Source of the DNA: Neophaeotheca triangularis
Lineage: Eukaryota
Assembly: GCA_054600435.1 (NCBI GenBank)
Contig: BAAIJX010000013.1
Coordinates: forward strand, 434,001-498,000
DNA length: 64,000 nt
Reading direction: 5' to 3'
Shown piece after piece: positions 1-11,440 of the stretch. A program made the position numbers and the translations under genes. Within the stretch, counting starts at the first letter, position 1; each line of letters opens with the position of its first letter. The notes under the pieces were generated by a model that was not told the origin of the DNA, made no database searches, and saw only the letters and a list, made by a program, of their open reading frames with translations.

Positions 1-439
1 CGTCGTTCTTCGGGTACTCCCAATCAACGTCCAGACCATCGAAGCCATAGTCTTTGAGCAACTTGACAGCGCTGAAGGCGAAATTCTTGCGGCCTTGCTT
101 TGTGGAAGCCGGTTGCGGGAAGTTCGAGCTGTAGGTCCAGCCACCGATACTGAGCAAAGTCTTGAAGTTGCGATTCCTCTTCTTGTGGAGGTACATTTGC
201 TTGAGAGAGCCGTAGAGATTCTCGCCGACATCATTCCACGAGTCTCCTTCGTAATGCTTCTGTTCGTCCGACCATGAGTCCGTCAAATACACTTCACCGG
301 ACTCGGGACGGATGTTGGCGAAGGAGTACAACACGTGCGTGAGTTTGTCCGCTGGGACATCCTGAGGTTGATGATTGCGGCCGTAAATTGCCCAATTGAC
401 ATAATAGGCTACCGAGCGGTAGCCCTCTTGGTTGGACAT
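1..439 (-). CDS. GH18 chitinase (5' part; runs off the window), no obvious signal peptide
   Basis: Manual translation from ATG 439: [27 protein letters not shown]...[12 protein letters not shown]...[11 protein letters not shown], containing the SxGG and DxDxE catalytic motifs. Not in the ORF track because the frame is open at the edge. Confidence 0.93.
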   Translation of the reverse strand, partial: MSNQEGYRSVAYYVNWAIYGRNHQPQDVPADKLTHVLYSFANIRPESGEVYLTDSWSDEQKHYEGDSWNDVGENLYGSLKQMYLHKKRNRNFKTLLSIGGWTYSSNFPQPASTKQGRKNFAFSAVKLLKDYGFDGLDVDWEYPKND

Positions 440-1523
440 GGTTGTGGCTGCCTCTGCCGGGTTCGTAGCGTACTCGTTATTGCCAGTCGACCGTGGGATT
501 GCTTTGTGTCGAAGGTCTCGCGCTGAGGCATAGTTAGGGGAGAGAGCAAACGCAGCAAGAAGACAATGCACCACCCATCTGGCCATGGTGTCAGTGCACG
601 TTTGCGCCTTTTTTTATATTGCTGTAGGAGTCAATGCTCGTAGGGGGGGAGTCTTGAGTCTTTGTTGTCCGACCTGACGTGGCTTTGGGGGCATATGACA
701 CTTTAAACGTCCATGAACGTGTTGTGACTATAGGAGAGCGCAGGAAAGACATGTGGAAGAGAGAGTCGTTTATATACCTTACCAAAAGAGGTCCAGATGG
801 GCACCGAAAAGGTTCCAGGCCGAGTTACTCACGCGTTTGGCCTCTTGGTGCCGCACAGGAATGTGCAACTGAGACACAGGTCGGATGGCAAGCGTCCACG
901 AATCGGCCGGTCGTGACAAGCTGAGAATCTTCTCAAAGGGGCCGAAGACGTGAGGGGGCCCTCAACAGTCAATGATCTGGTGTCGAAAAGTCGGGATACC
1001 GATTATGGTCGGGCGGCGGAGGATCTCGTCGGTGAAGACGTGTGGACACGCTGCAGTTTACCTGATCACCTCACGCTTGATGCCGGGGATGATGAAGCTG
1101 ACAAAGGCAGGGCAGGGTGGGGGCCAGACATACCCGACATACCCGATATATATATCCGATGCGCTCGTGCGAGGAGGGACCGGACGAGATTGGATGATGG
1201 ACAGCCACTCGCTTTGTTGCAAAGTGAGCACCAACCTGGAACTTGAAACTTCACCAGACGAAGTCATTCGGGCGCCGCATACAGAAGCTTGCAGAGGGGC
1301 CGTTCCGAACCTTAAAGAAGATATGTACGCACGCCCAAGCGTTTGGGGCCGTCCCCAAAAGGAAGGTAGGTGGCCTCAGAAGCTGGCTCAAACAACGCCC
1401 AAGACAAGACAACCACTCATACACACCACCTAACATGTCCCTACAAATGACCCTCCGCCTCGTGACAATCCTCGCCTTCACCACCGGAGAATTTCGGTCC
1501 CCCGAGCGCCGCAGCTCCGACCC

Positions 1524-2545
1524 TCACGGCACACCCCTCCCCTTCCTCGTAGCCTTGGCCAGCTCACTCTGCGCAGTATTGAGATGATAGCGCTCATAAA
1601 TGGGCAAATAATGCTCCCGCTCACTCGTCGTGTTCCTGATACTCGGCCGCTGCTCAAGCGCCAGGATCCACTTCCGCAACTTGCGCCACTTCGCCTCGTC
1701 CTCGCCACCTCGCCCCTCATCCGGCAACCCCAAACCCCCCTTGAAATGATCAAAAACCCAAAGCCGCATCTATCCCACAGGGGTCAGTCTGACACACAAA
1801 GAACTCACAAGACAACAGCAAGCGGCAAAACTCACCACCCAAGGCGCAACAACAAAATCCACCAGCCCAGGCTCGGTGCCCATGAAAAAAGGCCCCGCCT
1901 CATCAATCTCCGCGGCAAACTCCCCCAACTTCCCCACAAACTCCTCGCGGGCCTCGCTCAGACCCTGCTCGTCACTCATAGGCTGAAACTGCAAGTAGCG
2001 ATGAAAAGCCGGGATGATACGACTCGTGCAGAAATCCGTCCAAATCCTCGAACGGGCTTTGAGGTAGGGGTCCGAGGGCTGTAGTCGCGGTTTGTGGTCT
2101 GGGAACGCGTCTTCCAGGAATTCGCAGATCACTGTGCTTTCGTATAGGGGCTTGGAGTCGTATTCGAGAGTTGGGACGAGGCCGCGGGGGTTGAGGGAGA
2201 GGAGGGAGGCGGGTTTGTTGTAGGGGTCTGTTGGGGTGTTAGATGAATGCGGTGGGGATGTGGGGGGTGGAAGACGTGATGCTTGACGTACTGACTTCGA
2301 TGTATTGGTAGGGGATTCCCTTTTCTTCGAGGACGGTCCAAGCTCTTTGGACGAAGGGGCAGCTTTGGAGGGAATTAGTTGTTTGAGCGTTGCTTTCCCC
2401 GCCGGCATGCCGTCAACTGGTGACTGGGCACTTACAACCAGCCTGAGTAGAGCTTCAATGGCTGTTCGTGGGCATGCGCGTCGACGATGGTCTTTGCGGG
2501 GCCCGTGGCAACTGGGTGGAGCTGCGCATCGGGATGAGAACTCAT
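1524..2545 (-). CDS. Glutathione S-transferase, omega-like (CPF motif), 4 exons
   Basis: Introns 2363-2435, 2228-2291 and 1770-1835 join MSSHPDAQ..LKLYSGWFCPFVQRAWTVLEEKGIPYQYIEVNPYNKP..NPRGLVPTL..LYESTVICEFLED to the C-terminal ORF 1524-1769. Confidence 0.9.
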
Positions 2546-2863
2546 TTTGATCAGTTCGCGGCGAGAGTTGTCAATCAATCCACCCAAGACAAAGAGAGTT
2601 AAATGGTAAGTTGAATGGTGGTAGATATATTTCGGTCTCCTCTACCTCCTAGAGCTGTCGTCTCGACACATCAATGCATGACGTGTGCGGGGTATCATCC
2701 TTTCTACCTAAGGTTGGGTACCTTACCCAGGTATAGCATTAGGTACGCACGTAACAGCAAAATAAAACCCACGCCGTGCCTTCCGTATCCGGCCATACGG
2801 TAGTCCTGATCTGACCCACTCCCGCCTAAAGTAACGCCCCTGAAAACACCCCTTCAACTAACG

Positions 2864-4327
2864 TTACATCACCACACAAGGCCCTTTGGGATTAACAAAC
2901 TCCTCGCCATACTCCTGAACCAACTGCGCACGCTCATTCTCCCTCTGCCGCCGCTTAACCTCCAAGGGGAAATACTTCTCCAGAAAATCCAGCGCGTCGA
3001 AATCGATATTCCTGCCATCGGCTTTGAAAACAGACTCGGAATTGCAGCAAGGACAGCGCCGCAAGCCCTGGTCCTGCAATTGTATAATACAACGAATGCA
3101 AAAGACGCTCCGGCAGCAGCCGAGATTGACCGGTTTCCACGCCATGGCGTAGCAGACGGGGCAATTCCAGTCGTCCAGCTGCGGCACAATGGCGAGGACT
3201 TTGGTGCAAATCTCCGCCGACATGTCGCGCGCGATTGACCCCGCGAAGCCCGCGTTCTTGTGCTCCTTGTCCAGCGTTAGTGCTGGGAAGCGCGTGGTGA
3301 GACTGCGGACGAAGAGGTCGCCTTCGAGGTGCGTGCGTTTTTGGAACTTCTTGAGGATTTTGGTCATGGCTTTGGCGTTCATTTCTTGGAAGCGCATGAT
3401 GCGTAAGATGTCGATGTTGACGTCCAGGAATTTTTGGGCCGCGGCTTTGGCTTGGGGGGTACGCATTTTGGCTAGCAGACCGGTGGAACGTAGTTGCTCG
3501 TCGTAGTTTTGGAGTCGTTCTTTTGCTTGGACGAATGTCAGGGCGCCACGGGACTGCTCGGTTTGCGAGTAGAAGACCGGGCTTTCGAGGTAGAGCCTGA
3601 ACATCTCTCGCCAGAAATACAAATCGCGGTAACTCATTGATCTTTTGGCCTCGAAACCTTCCCGCACCGGTTCCACAACATTCTCAACAGCCTCCCCTAA
3701 ATCCATAATATCGTTCTCCAGCTTCCGCGTCTCGGCCTCCCTCAGCGCCTCCAACTCCTGCAGCTTCGGCTCCAAGAGATCAAAAAAATCCCTCGCCGTC
3801 GACAACGGAACCAAAATCTCCTGCACATCCTGCGACGGGTCCATCAACTCACTAACCTCATTCCCTCCACTACCCCGTCGCGCCTCCACCCCACTCAGCG
3901 GCCTCGGCACCCCAGCCCCCAGCGAAGCCTTGCGACTATCAAGCACATGCTCCGTCCGCGCCAACTTCCTAAGCGCAATCTTCGTCTCGGGCGCCAAACT
4001 CGCATCAACCGGGAACCCCGTCTTGCGGTCCACAAGCACGCGCAACTGCGGCGTAAACTCCTCGGGCACGGTGTTCAGACTCGGCAAAGCGGCGGAATAA
4101 TACTCCCTCTCCCCGTCCCCCTGGCCCTTGCCCCGCAGACTCAACTCCTCACCCGTGAGCGGCGACAACTGCTCCAGAGTCTTCGGATCCAGTCCCGTCG
4201 CCGCCAACTCATCGTGAACGCGCTTGATGATTTTCTTCAGGTGCTTGTACTCGATGGCCGAGCCGAGCCAGTGCTCGGGAAAGCCGCCAGTGAGCAGCGC
4301 TCGCGAGAATTCTTGCCCGAACTTCAT
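2864..4327 (-). CDS. SPX-domain plus C-terminal RING-finger protein (putative E3 ligase)
   Basis: 487-aa ORF with SPX hallmarks MKFGQEF, IEYKHLKKIIK and NAKAMTKILKKFQKRT, and a C-terminal CPVC..CC..FCIRC..CPCC. Confidence 0.9.
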   Translation of the reverse strand: MKFGQEFSRALLTGGFPEHWLGSAIEYKHLKKIIKRVHDELAATGLDPKTLEQLSPLTGEELSLRGKGQGDGEREYYSAALPSLNTVPEEFTPQLRVLVDRKTGFPVDASLAPETKIALRKLARTEHVLDSRKASLGAGVPRPLSGVEARRGSGGNEVSELMDPSQDVQEILVPLSTARDFFDLLEPKLQELEALREAETRKLENDIMDLGEAVENVVEPVREGFEAKRSMSYRDLYFWREMFRLYLESPVFYSQTEQSRGALTFVQAKERLQNYDEQLRSTGLLAKMRTPQAKAAAQKFLDVNIDILRIMRFQEMNAKAMTKILKKFQKRTHLEGDLFVRSLTTRFPALTLDKEHKNAGFAGSIARDMSAEICTKVLAIVPQLDDWNCPVCYAMAWKPVNLGCCRSVFCIRCIIQLQDQGLRRCPCCNSESVFKADGRNIDFDALDFLEKYFPLEVKRRQRENERAQLVQEYGEEFVNPKGPCVVM

Positions 4328-5058
4328 CTTTTTTTTCCCCCGTCGAGCTGGGTTTTCTTGATGAGAGTTCAGAGCGGTTTCGAGCTTCTTTTGCTTTTTG
4401 GCTGCTGGATTTGATTAGCGCTTCCTGAACAGTCCGAAAGCTTTTTGTGAGCTGGCGTGGATGGCGCGCTTTGGTTACGGAGAGCGCTCCGGATCGGCGG
4501 GGAGCATGATCTCTCTGCTACTACGTCCACTGTATCGCTGCGACGGCGAGGCGCTTGGCATGGGCGATTAAGACGTAGCGAAAGATGCGACCTTGAGCGT
4601 TTCCAAGTCGTGTATCTGCGCGCGCTCCATGAAGGTCAGAGGTAGATGGCCTGCAGACGTTGAGTGCGACAAGAGTACTTATGACAAAAGGGCGGGTTAG
4701 TTCTAGGTAAGCTTGTTGACAAGTCGAGATGGGTGGAGGAAAAGCTTGTTCTCAGCCTTTTCCCGAAGCGGTGTAGTTATCCCCGGATTTAGGTGGGGGC
4801 TTACGTGGGCTTTGATTGGAAGGCTCCGCTCCGGCGCTAGTAGACGGACGGATGGTTAACAGTCGACGGCCGACGCGCTTTGTCTGTAGCATCGTGTGTT
4901 TAATTTAATCTCTGTAGGGTCGCGGCATTGCTTCCATGTCTAATGTAAGGCTATAACTAATACCGACGAAGCAGACATACTTGTAGTGATTATCAACGCC
5001 TCTTCACCCGGTATTACGTAGGGTCTTCCAGCCCTATCCCTTGCCCACCCGAACAATT

Positions 5059-6841
5059 TCAATCAAGATCATCATCCCCACCACCGGCCGCCTGCCCCGG
5101 CGTCTGCTTCTTAGGATAGAAGTCCAACTTGCCACCCTCCTGAATTACCCCAGTGCGATCATACAAACTCTTCGCCCTAACGTAAGGATCCAGACGCCAG
5201 TAATTCGCCGCCAGCCTCTCGGCCAAACGCCCGCGACCCTCCCCACCATCCTCCCCATGCAACCAACTCAGCGTCTCGCTCTCATAACTGCTCACCAACT
5301 CCTTGCGCTCAGCAGTCACCTTCTCCCTCTCCCCAGCCTTCTCCATGGCCTTGTTCTCGCCCTCCACAGGCTCAACGTACTCGTACTTCCACTGCTCCTC
5401 GCCACCCATTTCAACAGGGATTTGCTTCTTGGGTACAAACTGCGACAGCTCGTCGGCATTGCTAGCGAAGTGTACTTTGGAAGCAACGACGGGGTCGAGC
5501 CAGCCTTTGATAATTTTCCAAATCCCTTGGAATACCCAGGGCGATTTGTAGACGAGAACACTGCCGAGGGATTCCGGGTAGTTTGCTTCGAAGCACTTGA
5601 TCATGAATTTGACAGGCGTGTAGTCCATGTTTGCCATGCTGAAGTCGGTCATGTCGAAGACGATTGTCTGAGGAAAAGGGGATATCAGTGTCTTTTCTTT
5701 TGCCAGAAAGTGTAGGGGGGCATCAACTCACGGCAGTATCGATTGGCGGCCTCAACAGCATCCTCGCCGTCTCGATGGTGTAGACGGTAAATCGCTCCAA
5801 ACTCTTCTCGGACTGCTCGCCCTGCTTGTGCAACTTGACCCTCACATAACAGCATGGCCTGCCATCTTTGTCGGTGCCGTGCAGAAAGCTCTTCCCCATT
5901 CTCATCTGCGCGAGAAAGTCGTCACCCTCCTTTTTAGCGGCCGAGTTCGAGCTCTTGCTCTCTTTCAAAGCGTGCTCTTCTCCTTGCCACATGATATGGT
6001 CGTCGACGTGCATTTCCTGACTGCGCCAGTGCATGGTCGAGACCAACATGATGAGAGCGCCGTGTATGTCCCATTTGCGGGCGCGCAGGAACCGCAGCAG
6101 TAGCGCGTCAGGGTTGTCATGTTTAGCCATGCTCCAGAAGGCAGCGCGCAATTCTTCCGGGGTTTGCGAGGCAAGGGCTTGCTCGAATTCCTTGGTCTGA
6201 CCGTGTTTGTCGTTATTGGACTCGGCGTTGCCACTGCCGCCTGATGCGCCGTCTTTGCTCTTCTTGCCGAACATTTTGAGAGGGGTTCTGCGCTTCTTCT
6301 TCTCGTCTGTGGAGGTCGAGCTCGATGAGGTGCCATTTGCCGCTGCTGCGGTTTGCGGTTGCGACTCGTCTTTGGCGACACCGAAGACATCGAGGGTCGC
6401 TAGCCACATCTCCTTGAGCTTTTCCGTCTGTTCTGGAGTCAAGTTGCCAGGTCGGCCTGGTGGCATGTTTGGCGCCATTTCGTCGAGGTCCTCGCTCGCG
6501 GTTGGCAAAGGGTCTGTGTCGCTGCTGAGGTTATCGTCTGATGTCGCCTCGCTTTTATCGGTGTAAGTTGCTGTAATGTATGCGATGCCGAAAGATATCG
6601 AGAGTACGAGAGCAGCAGTGAGGGGGTCGATGGCACCTTGTATTGGGGTGAATCTCGGCGTGGGTGGAGGAGGCGGAATGAAGAGGGAGCGCTGGTAAGG
6701 ATGAGTATGGACCTTTGGCAGCCTATTGAGGAAGTGGGACTCGAGGTGTATTAAGCGTCGAGTGCAGGTGGGTTTGATGAGTATGGATGAGGAAGGCAAA
6801 GAGAATGGCTGAACGCGCGCGACCCGAGCGCAGAGCCACAT
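5059..6841 (-). CDS. CSR1: Sec14/CRAL-TRIO phosphatidylinositol transfer protein, CSR1-like
   Basis: HDNPDALLLRFLRARKWD, DKDGRP, DMTDFSMANMDY, FEANYPESLG and IIKGWLDPVVASKVHF motifs; intron 5668-5731. Start is either 6841 or 6478. Confidence 0.88.
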
Positions 6842-7230
6842 GTGTAGAATAACTTAAGTACAAGTAGTGAGGTGTTGTTCGAACGAGAAGACGTGAGGGA
6901 AAAAGTCATCGGCATCTAACGTTAATCACTTGCATTAATCCGTCCGCCCACATCACATCCACTTATGCCACTTTCGAAGGAGAAGTCCCGTCGTTCCTGA
7001 TGAGGTGACCTTCCGTTTCGACCAGCATGCACAGTGACGAAACTGCAGGCGCCCCACTCCATCCACCTAATAGCGTAGGTGACCGTGCACGTGCCCAAAC
7101 GCGAGTCGCGTCAAAACATCCATTCAATACTAGCTGGAGGTATGTATGTATCAATCAATCAATCATCAACCAAAACATTCAAAGCCCCCCCAATCACAAG
7201 ATTAATTTCAAACCCACAGCCAGCCGCGAC

Positions 7231-8094
7231 ATGTCCCACATAACCACCCCGCACCGCCCGCGCACCTCCTCCCACTCCCGCACCCGCAACCTCCCAAGCC
7301 GGCCAACAACCCCCCTCCGCCCTCCCTCCCGCACCTCCCTCCGCGCCTCACAAACCACCACCCCGAGCGGCGAACCCACCAACTCCAAAAACAACCCCAA
7401 CCCCTCCCACCCCCTCAACAGCCTCGAACCCGCCTTCGCCGAACTAAGCGACAGCATGGCCGACCTCGAAGCCAACTTCCTGCACCTGCAACTCCTCAAC
7501 GAAAGCCTCGGCCGCTTCAACGAGAACTTCGGCAGTTTCCTGTACGGGCTAAACATGAGCGCCTTCTGCGTCGACTTCCCCGAGGTATACGCTCGCCCTC
7601 CCCAACACCTGCGCTCCCACAAAAACCACGACCCCATCTAACAACCAAAACAGGCACCCATCCCCCCCTCATTCGCCCGCGCCAAAGCAACCCAACCCCC
7701 CACTCACGAAACCCATTCCCAGTACCCGCCCGCATCTCCTTTCCAGCCCCGCCCCAGCCATTCCGCGCTGCCTCAAGACGTCGACGCGACTTTCATGACC
7801 AACGACACGAGTTTCGTCGAGAACCCGCCTACGTCGGTGAGACCTGCGAGTAAATTTACCGACCCCCCTGCTGCTTCTTCTGGAAGGGGGGTGGGGAGGA
7901 AGTCTGGGGTTCCTGCTGCTGCTGGGGTGTCTGGGAGGGGGAGGGGGGTTGGTAGGGGGGTTGGTAGGGGGAGTGGTAGTGTGGGGAGAGGGGGTGCGGC
8001 TGGGAGGGCTACTGGGAGTGGGATCGGCAGAGGTGCGGGGAGTGGGATTGCGAGGGGGAGTGGGAGGGGTGGGGTTGGGGGATGGAGGGGTTGA
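7231..8094 (+). CDS. DAM1: DASH/Dam1 kinetochore complex subunit Dam1
   Basis: LEPAFAELSDSMADLEANFLHLQLLNESLGRFNENFGSFLYGLNMSAFCVDFPE|AP; intron 7585-7653 joins in frame to ORF 7795-8094 (Gly/Arg-rich tail). Confidence 0.9.
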
Positions 8095-8424
8095 AGTCGG
8101 TTGGACGTTGAGGGGGTTGGATTGATAGTTTTGTTGAAGATGGCTTAGTCGTCTTTCGGAAGAGGCTCATGACTTTTCTTCGCTTGGGAAGAGACGAGTG
8201 ACATGACCTAACCTAACCTAACCTATCCTGCCCTACCATACGTACGGAGCAAAAACACCGCCAACGCCTACGCTACGCTGTGCTTCTATCTCACTGGCCC
8301 ATCACCCTCGCATCGTCTCGAGCAAGAGAAGAAGGAAGAAGAAAGAAGAGAATGAAAAAGAACCCCCTCACTCGCCGCAGAAAGCCTTCTCCTCAGAAAA
8401 CCTATCCCATTCCATCTCAAGCCC

Positions 8425-10053
8425 TCATCTCCCCTTAGCAGAACTCCCACTCCGGCTCAACTCCCCACTCGCCCTAATGGCTTCCCCACTCGGCCTCAAA
8501 CTATCCATACTAGGCCTCAAACTACTCGAACTGCTCCTTCGCCTCCGCCTCCGCGCTTCCTCGGGATCATTCGGCGCCAGCCCGCTGGCTTTGGCGAAGA
8601 GATTCAGCACGTCAGTCAAACTGACCACACCCGACAAACCACCGCTCATGCCCGCGCCCGGGAGTTGGCCAGCGCTGACAGCGACGTGGGGGTTCGCGAC
8701 AGGTGCGCCGGAGGTTTGGTGGGGGGTTTGGTGGGGTTGTTCGCGGGCTGAAGCGCCGGCACCGTTGTTTGCGAGCGAGAAGGGCGGGACGACGGTGTGG
8801 ACGCCCGGGCTTGGAGGGACGCTCGAAGCCGGGCTAGGGGCGTCGACGATCCACATGCGGTGGGAGCGGGTTGCACAGAGTTTGGCGACGGTGTGGGCGA
8901 GGCTGCTGAAGGGCGTGACGTGGAAGACGGGGTATGAGTCTTTGCCGTCTTGCACGCCGCGCTCGGAGAGGATGACGCCAATGAAGTGGATGCAGCTCAT
9001 GGAGAGCAGGGGAATGGCCGAGGTGTCGGTGAGGAGGCGCACGTCGACGTGAGAGATGTTGCCGACGACGTTTTTCTGGGCGTCGAGGACAGGGAGGGAA
9101 GAGATGCCTTCGGTTAGCATGAGCAGGAGCGCGTCGGAGAGCGGTTTGTCGCCGTTGATGGAGAGGACTTCTTTTCTGCCCAATTCGAGCTCTTTCAGGT
9201 GTAGAGAGTAGAGTTTCTCGGTCGAAGCGAAGTTTTGGTGGTTTTCCCAGAAGAAGCGCACGAGGCGGAGCTGGGTTAGTAAGCCCACAACTTCGGAAGT
9301 GCCTTCTTTGTTTATTATCACTCTGTGCGCGCCGCCGCCTAGGACTTCCATTGCTTTGGTGAGGTCGGCGGTGTGCGGCAGGAAAGCAGGAGTTTCGTTG
9401 GGCCCGAGGTGATCAATAACTGCGCTCAATGGTAGCGTTTCTCCACCGCGAGCTCGTTCGGCGAGTTGCACGGCAGCCTCATCGGGTTTCGACAAGCCAA
9501 GCACGAGCAGGAGGTAGGCGTTCAAATCATCGTAGCCAAAAGTCCCGATAGCAGTCTTGGTCTTGTGAGATTCCCGCACGAGCACGACGTTGGGCGCACC
9601 AGAGCGGATCAAGAGCTTGGTAGTCTCCTCGATACTCGTGTCCAGCTCGACAAAGCGCACTTCCACCGGGTCCGTAATCTCATTCACCTGAATAGCCCTC
9701 CAGTCCCTACCCTTGAACTTGGCTTCTTCACCGTTGCCCCTCATGGCGGGATACATGAGCAGTTCCTGCAGGGCTTGGCCTGAGAAGGAGGGGGTGCGTT
9801 GGGCTCGCGGTGAGGGAGGGTAGTTTCGTAGGTTCTCTGCGAAGCTTGTGCGGTGGGAGACGGAGGGCGAGGTGTGGTTGGAGCGGGACGAGGGAGCGTT
9901 GAGGGAGGAGAAGGAGGAGCTGAGGGATTGCTGGCTTGTTGTTGTTGTTGTTGTTGTTGGTTGTACGGGAGACGCCACACGTTGTACTGGCGATTTGGCG
10001 GCGTTGGAGGAGGATCCGGGGCGGGAGGAATGCTGTGAGGAAGGTGCTGCCAT
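8425..10053 (-). CDS. SDS23: CBS-domain protein Sds23/Sds24 family
   Basis: 542-aa single-exon ORF with DWRAIQVNE, LLTQLRLVRFFWEN, GNISHVDVR, YPVFHV and VAKLCATRSHRMW motifs. Confidence 0.9.
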   Translation of the reverse strand: MAAPSSQHSSRPGSSSNAAKSPVQRVASPVQPTTTTTTTSQQSLSSSFSSLNAPSSRSNHTSPSVSHRTSFAENLRNYPPSPRAQRTPSFSGQALQELLMYPAMRGNGEEAKFKGRDWRAIQVNEITDPVEVRFVELDTSIEETTKLLIRSGAPNVVLVRESHKTKTAIGTFGYDDLNAYLLLVLGLSKPDEAAVQLAERARGGETLPLSAVIDHLGPNETPAFLPHTADLTKAMEVLGGGAHRVIINKEGTSEVVGLLTQLRLVRFFWENHQNFASTEKLYSLHLKELELGRKEVLSINGDKPLSDALLLMLTEGISSLPVLDAQKNVVGNISHVDVRLLTDTSAIPLLSMSCIHFIGVILSERGVQDGKDSYPVFHVTPFSSLAHTVAKLCATRSHRMWIVDAPSPASSVPPSPGVHTVVPPFSLANNGAGASAREQPHQTPHQTSGAPVANPHVAVSAGQLPGAGMSGGLSGVVSLTDVLNLFAKASGLAPNDPEEARRRRRRSSSSSLRPSMDSLRPSGEAIRASGELSRSGSSAKGR

Positions 10054-10592
10054 TACTTGGGCAGGCGCGGGGCGGGGTTATGGGGTTCAGACGGGAGAGG
10101 TTGGGCAGACGCTGTGAATTGGGTGCAGATGGGTGTCCAGGGTCTGGTTGAGGTTGGCAGTGAGGTTGTGAGCGAGTGAATGCTAAGGTATGGTCAGGTA
10201 AGGTAAGTAAGATGGGTGTTTACGGTAGGTATGCGAATACTACCTTACGTAGGTCTAGGTAGGTAACTCTATCCAGACCGCGCGGTCAGTGGTCACCGTC
10301 TCCAAAGCCACCTCAGCTCAATCCCTCGCCTATCAAACCCCCCTCCCCCCACTTCCAACCCCACCACCCAGCATCCAAGCATCGCCCCTTGTCGTTCCTG
10401 AACCTTCCGGCCAAGCGACATGTGAATCATGTGACGTCTCAGTCAACATGATTGAACCTAAACCGTAACACCTCACCTGGGCATCCATACTAAGATTTAC
10501 TGGGTAACCTGTTACCGTTATCGTTATCGTCGAATAGGCTGTCAAGCAACGTCAAGCAGTGCCACGCTCGGCACTACACCCGCCACAATGCC

Positions 10593-11440
10593 ATGATTCC
10601 CGACGACGAAAACAACAACTTCGACATCTTCCGAGACTGCCTCTCGACCGCAATCATCGAGAAACTCGCCCCCGTCAACTCCAAACCCTCTTCCCGAAAA
10701 AGAGGAGGCAAGGGTCGCAAGAATGAGATCAAACCCGCCGCCCCCGTAGTATCAGCAGAAGAACAGCAAGAAAACGACGCCGCCGAACTCGCAGACTTTA
10801 TAGAGGTATATATATTCGCCACCCACACCCAACCCAACACTCCCTCAATGCAACCTAACTCCCCAAACCCCAGTACCTCGCCGAAGAAACCTTCACCCAC
10901 CTGCCCGCAAGCCTCCGCACCCTAGCCTACAGCACCATCCAAAACGAGCCCTCACTCAACACCCATTACCCCGTGCCCCTCCCCCCTCCCACTGTCGAAA
11001 ACCTGCTAAAACCCCTCCCCCCACACATCCCCGAAACGCTCACAACCTCGCAAATCCTGTCCACCCCCGACGACCTCCCGGACCTCCTCACCCCAGTCCT
11101 CGAAACCTACATCACCACCGCCACCTCCCCAGCCGCAGCTTACACGCCCTCTGCCCGCCCCGAAGGCTGCGAAATCTGCGACCGCGAGCACTTGCCCTTG
11201 ACTTATCACCATCTGATCCCCAGGCAGGTTCAGGCTAAGGCGGTGAAGCGTGGTTGGTGCGCGGACTGGGAGTTGCAGAAGGTTGCGTGGCTTTGTCGGG
11301 CGTGCCATAGTTTTGTGCATCGGGTTGCTAGTAATGAGGTTTTGGCTAGGGAGTTTAATGATGTGGAGGCTTTGCTGCAGAGGGAGGATGTGCAGAAGTG
11401 GGCGCAGTGGGTGGGGAGAGTGAGGTGGAAGAGTCGGTGA
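10593..11440 (+). CDS. Hypothetical protein with C-terminal HNH-like Zn-binding domain
   Basis: Intron 10806-10873 joins ORF 10593 in frame to ORF 10973; CEIC..LTYHHLIPR..WLCRACHSFVH. Confidence 0.8.
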
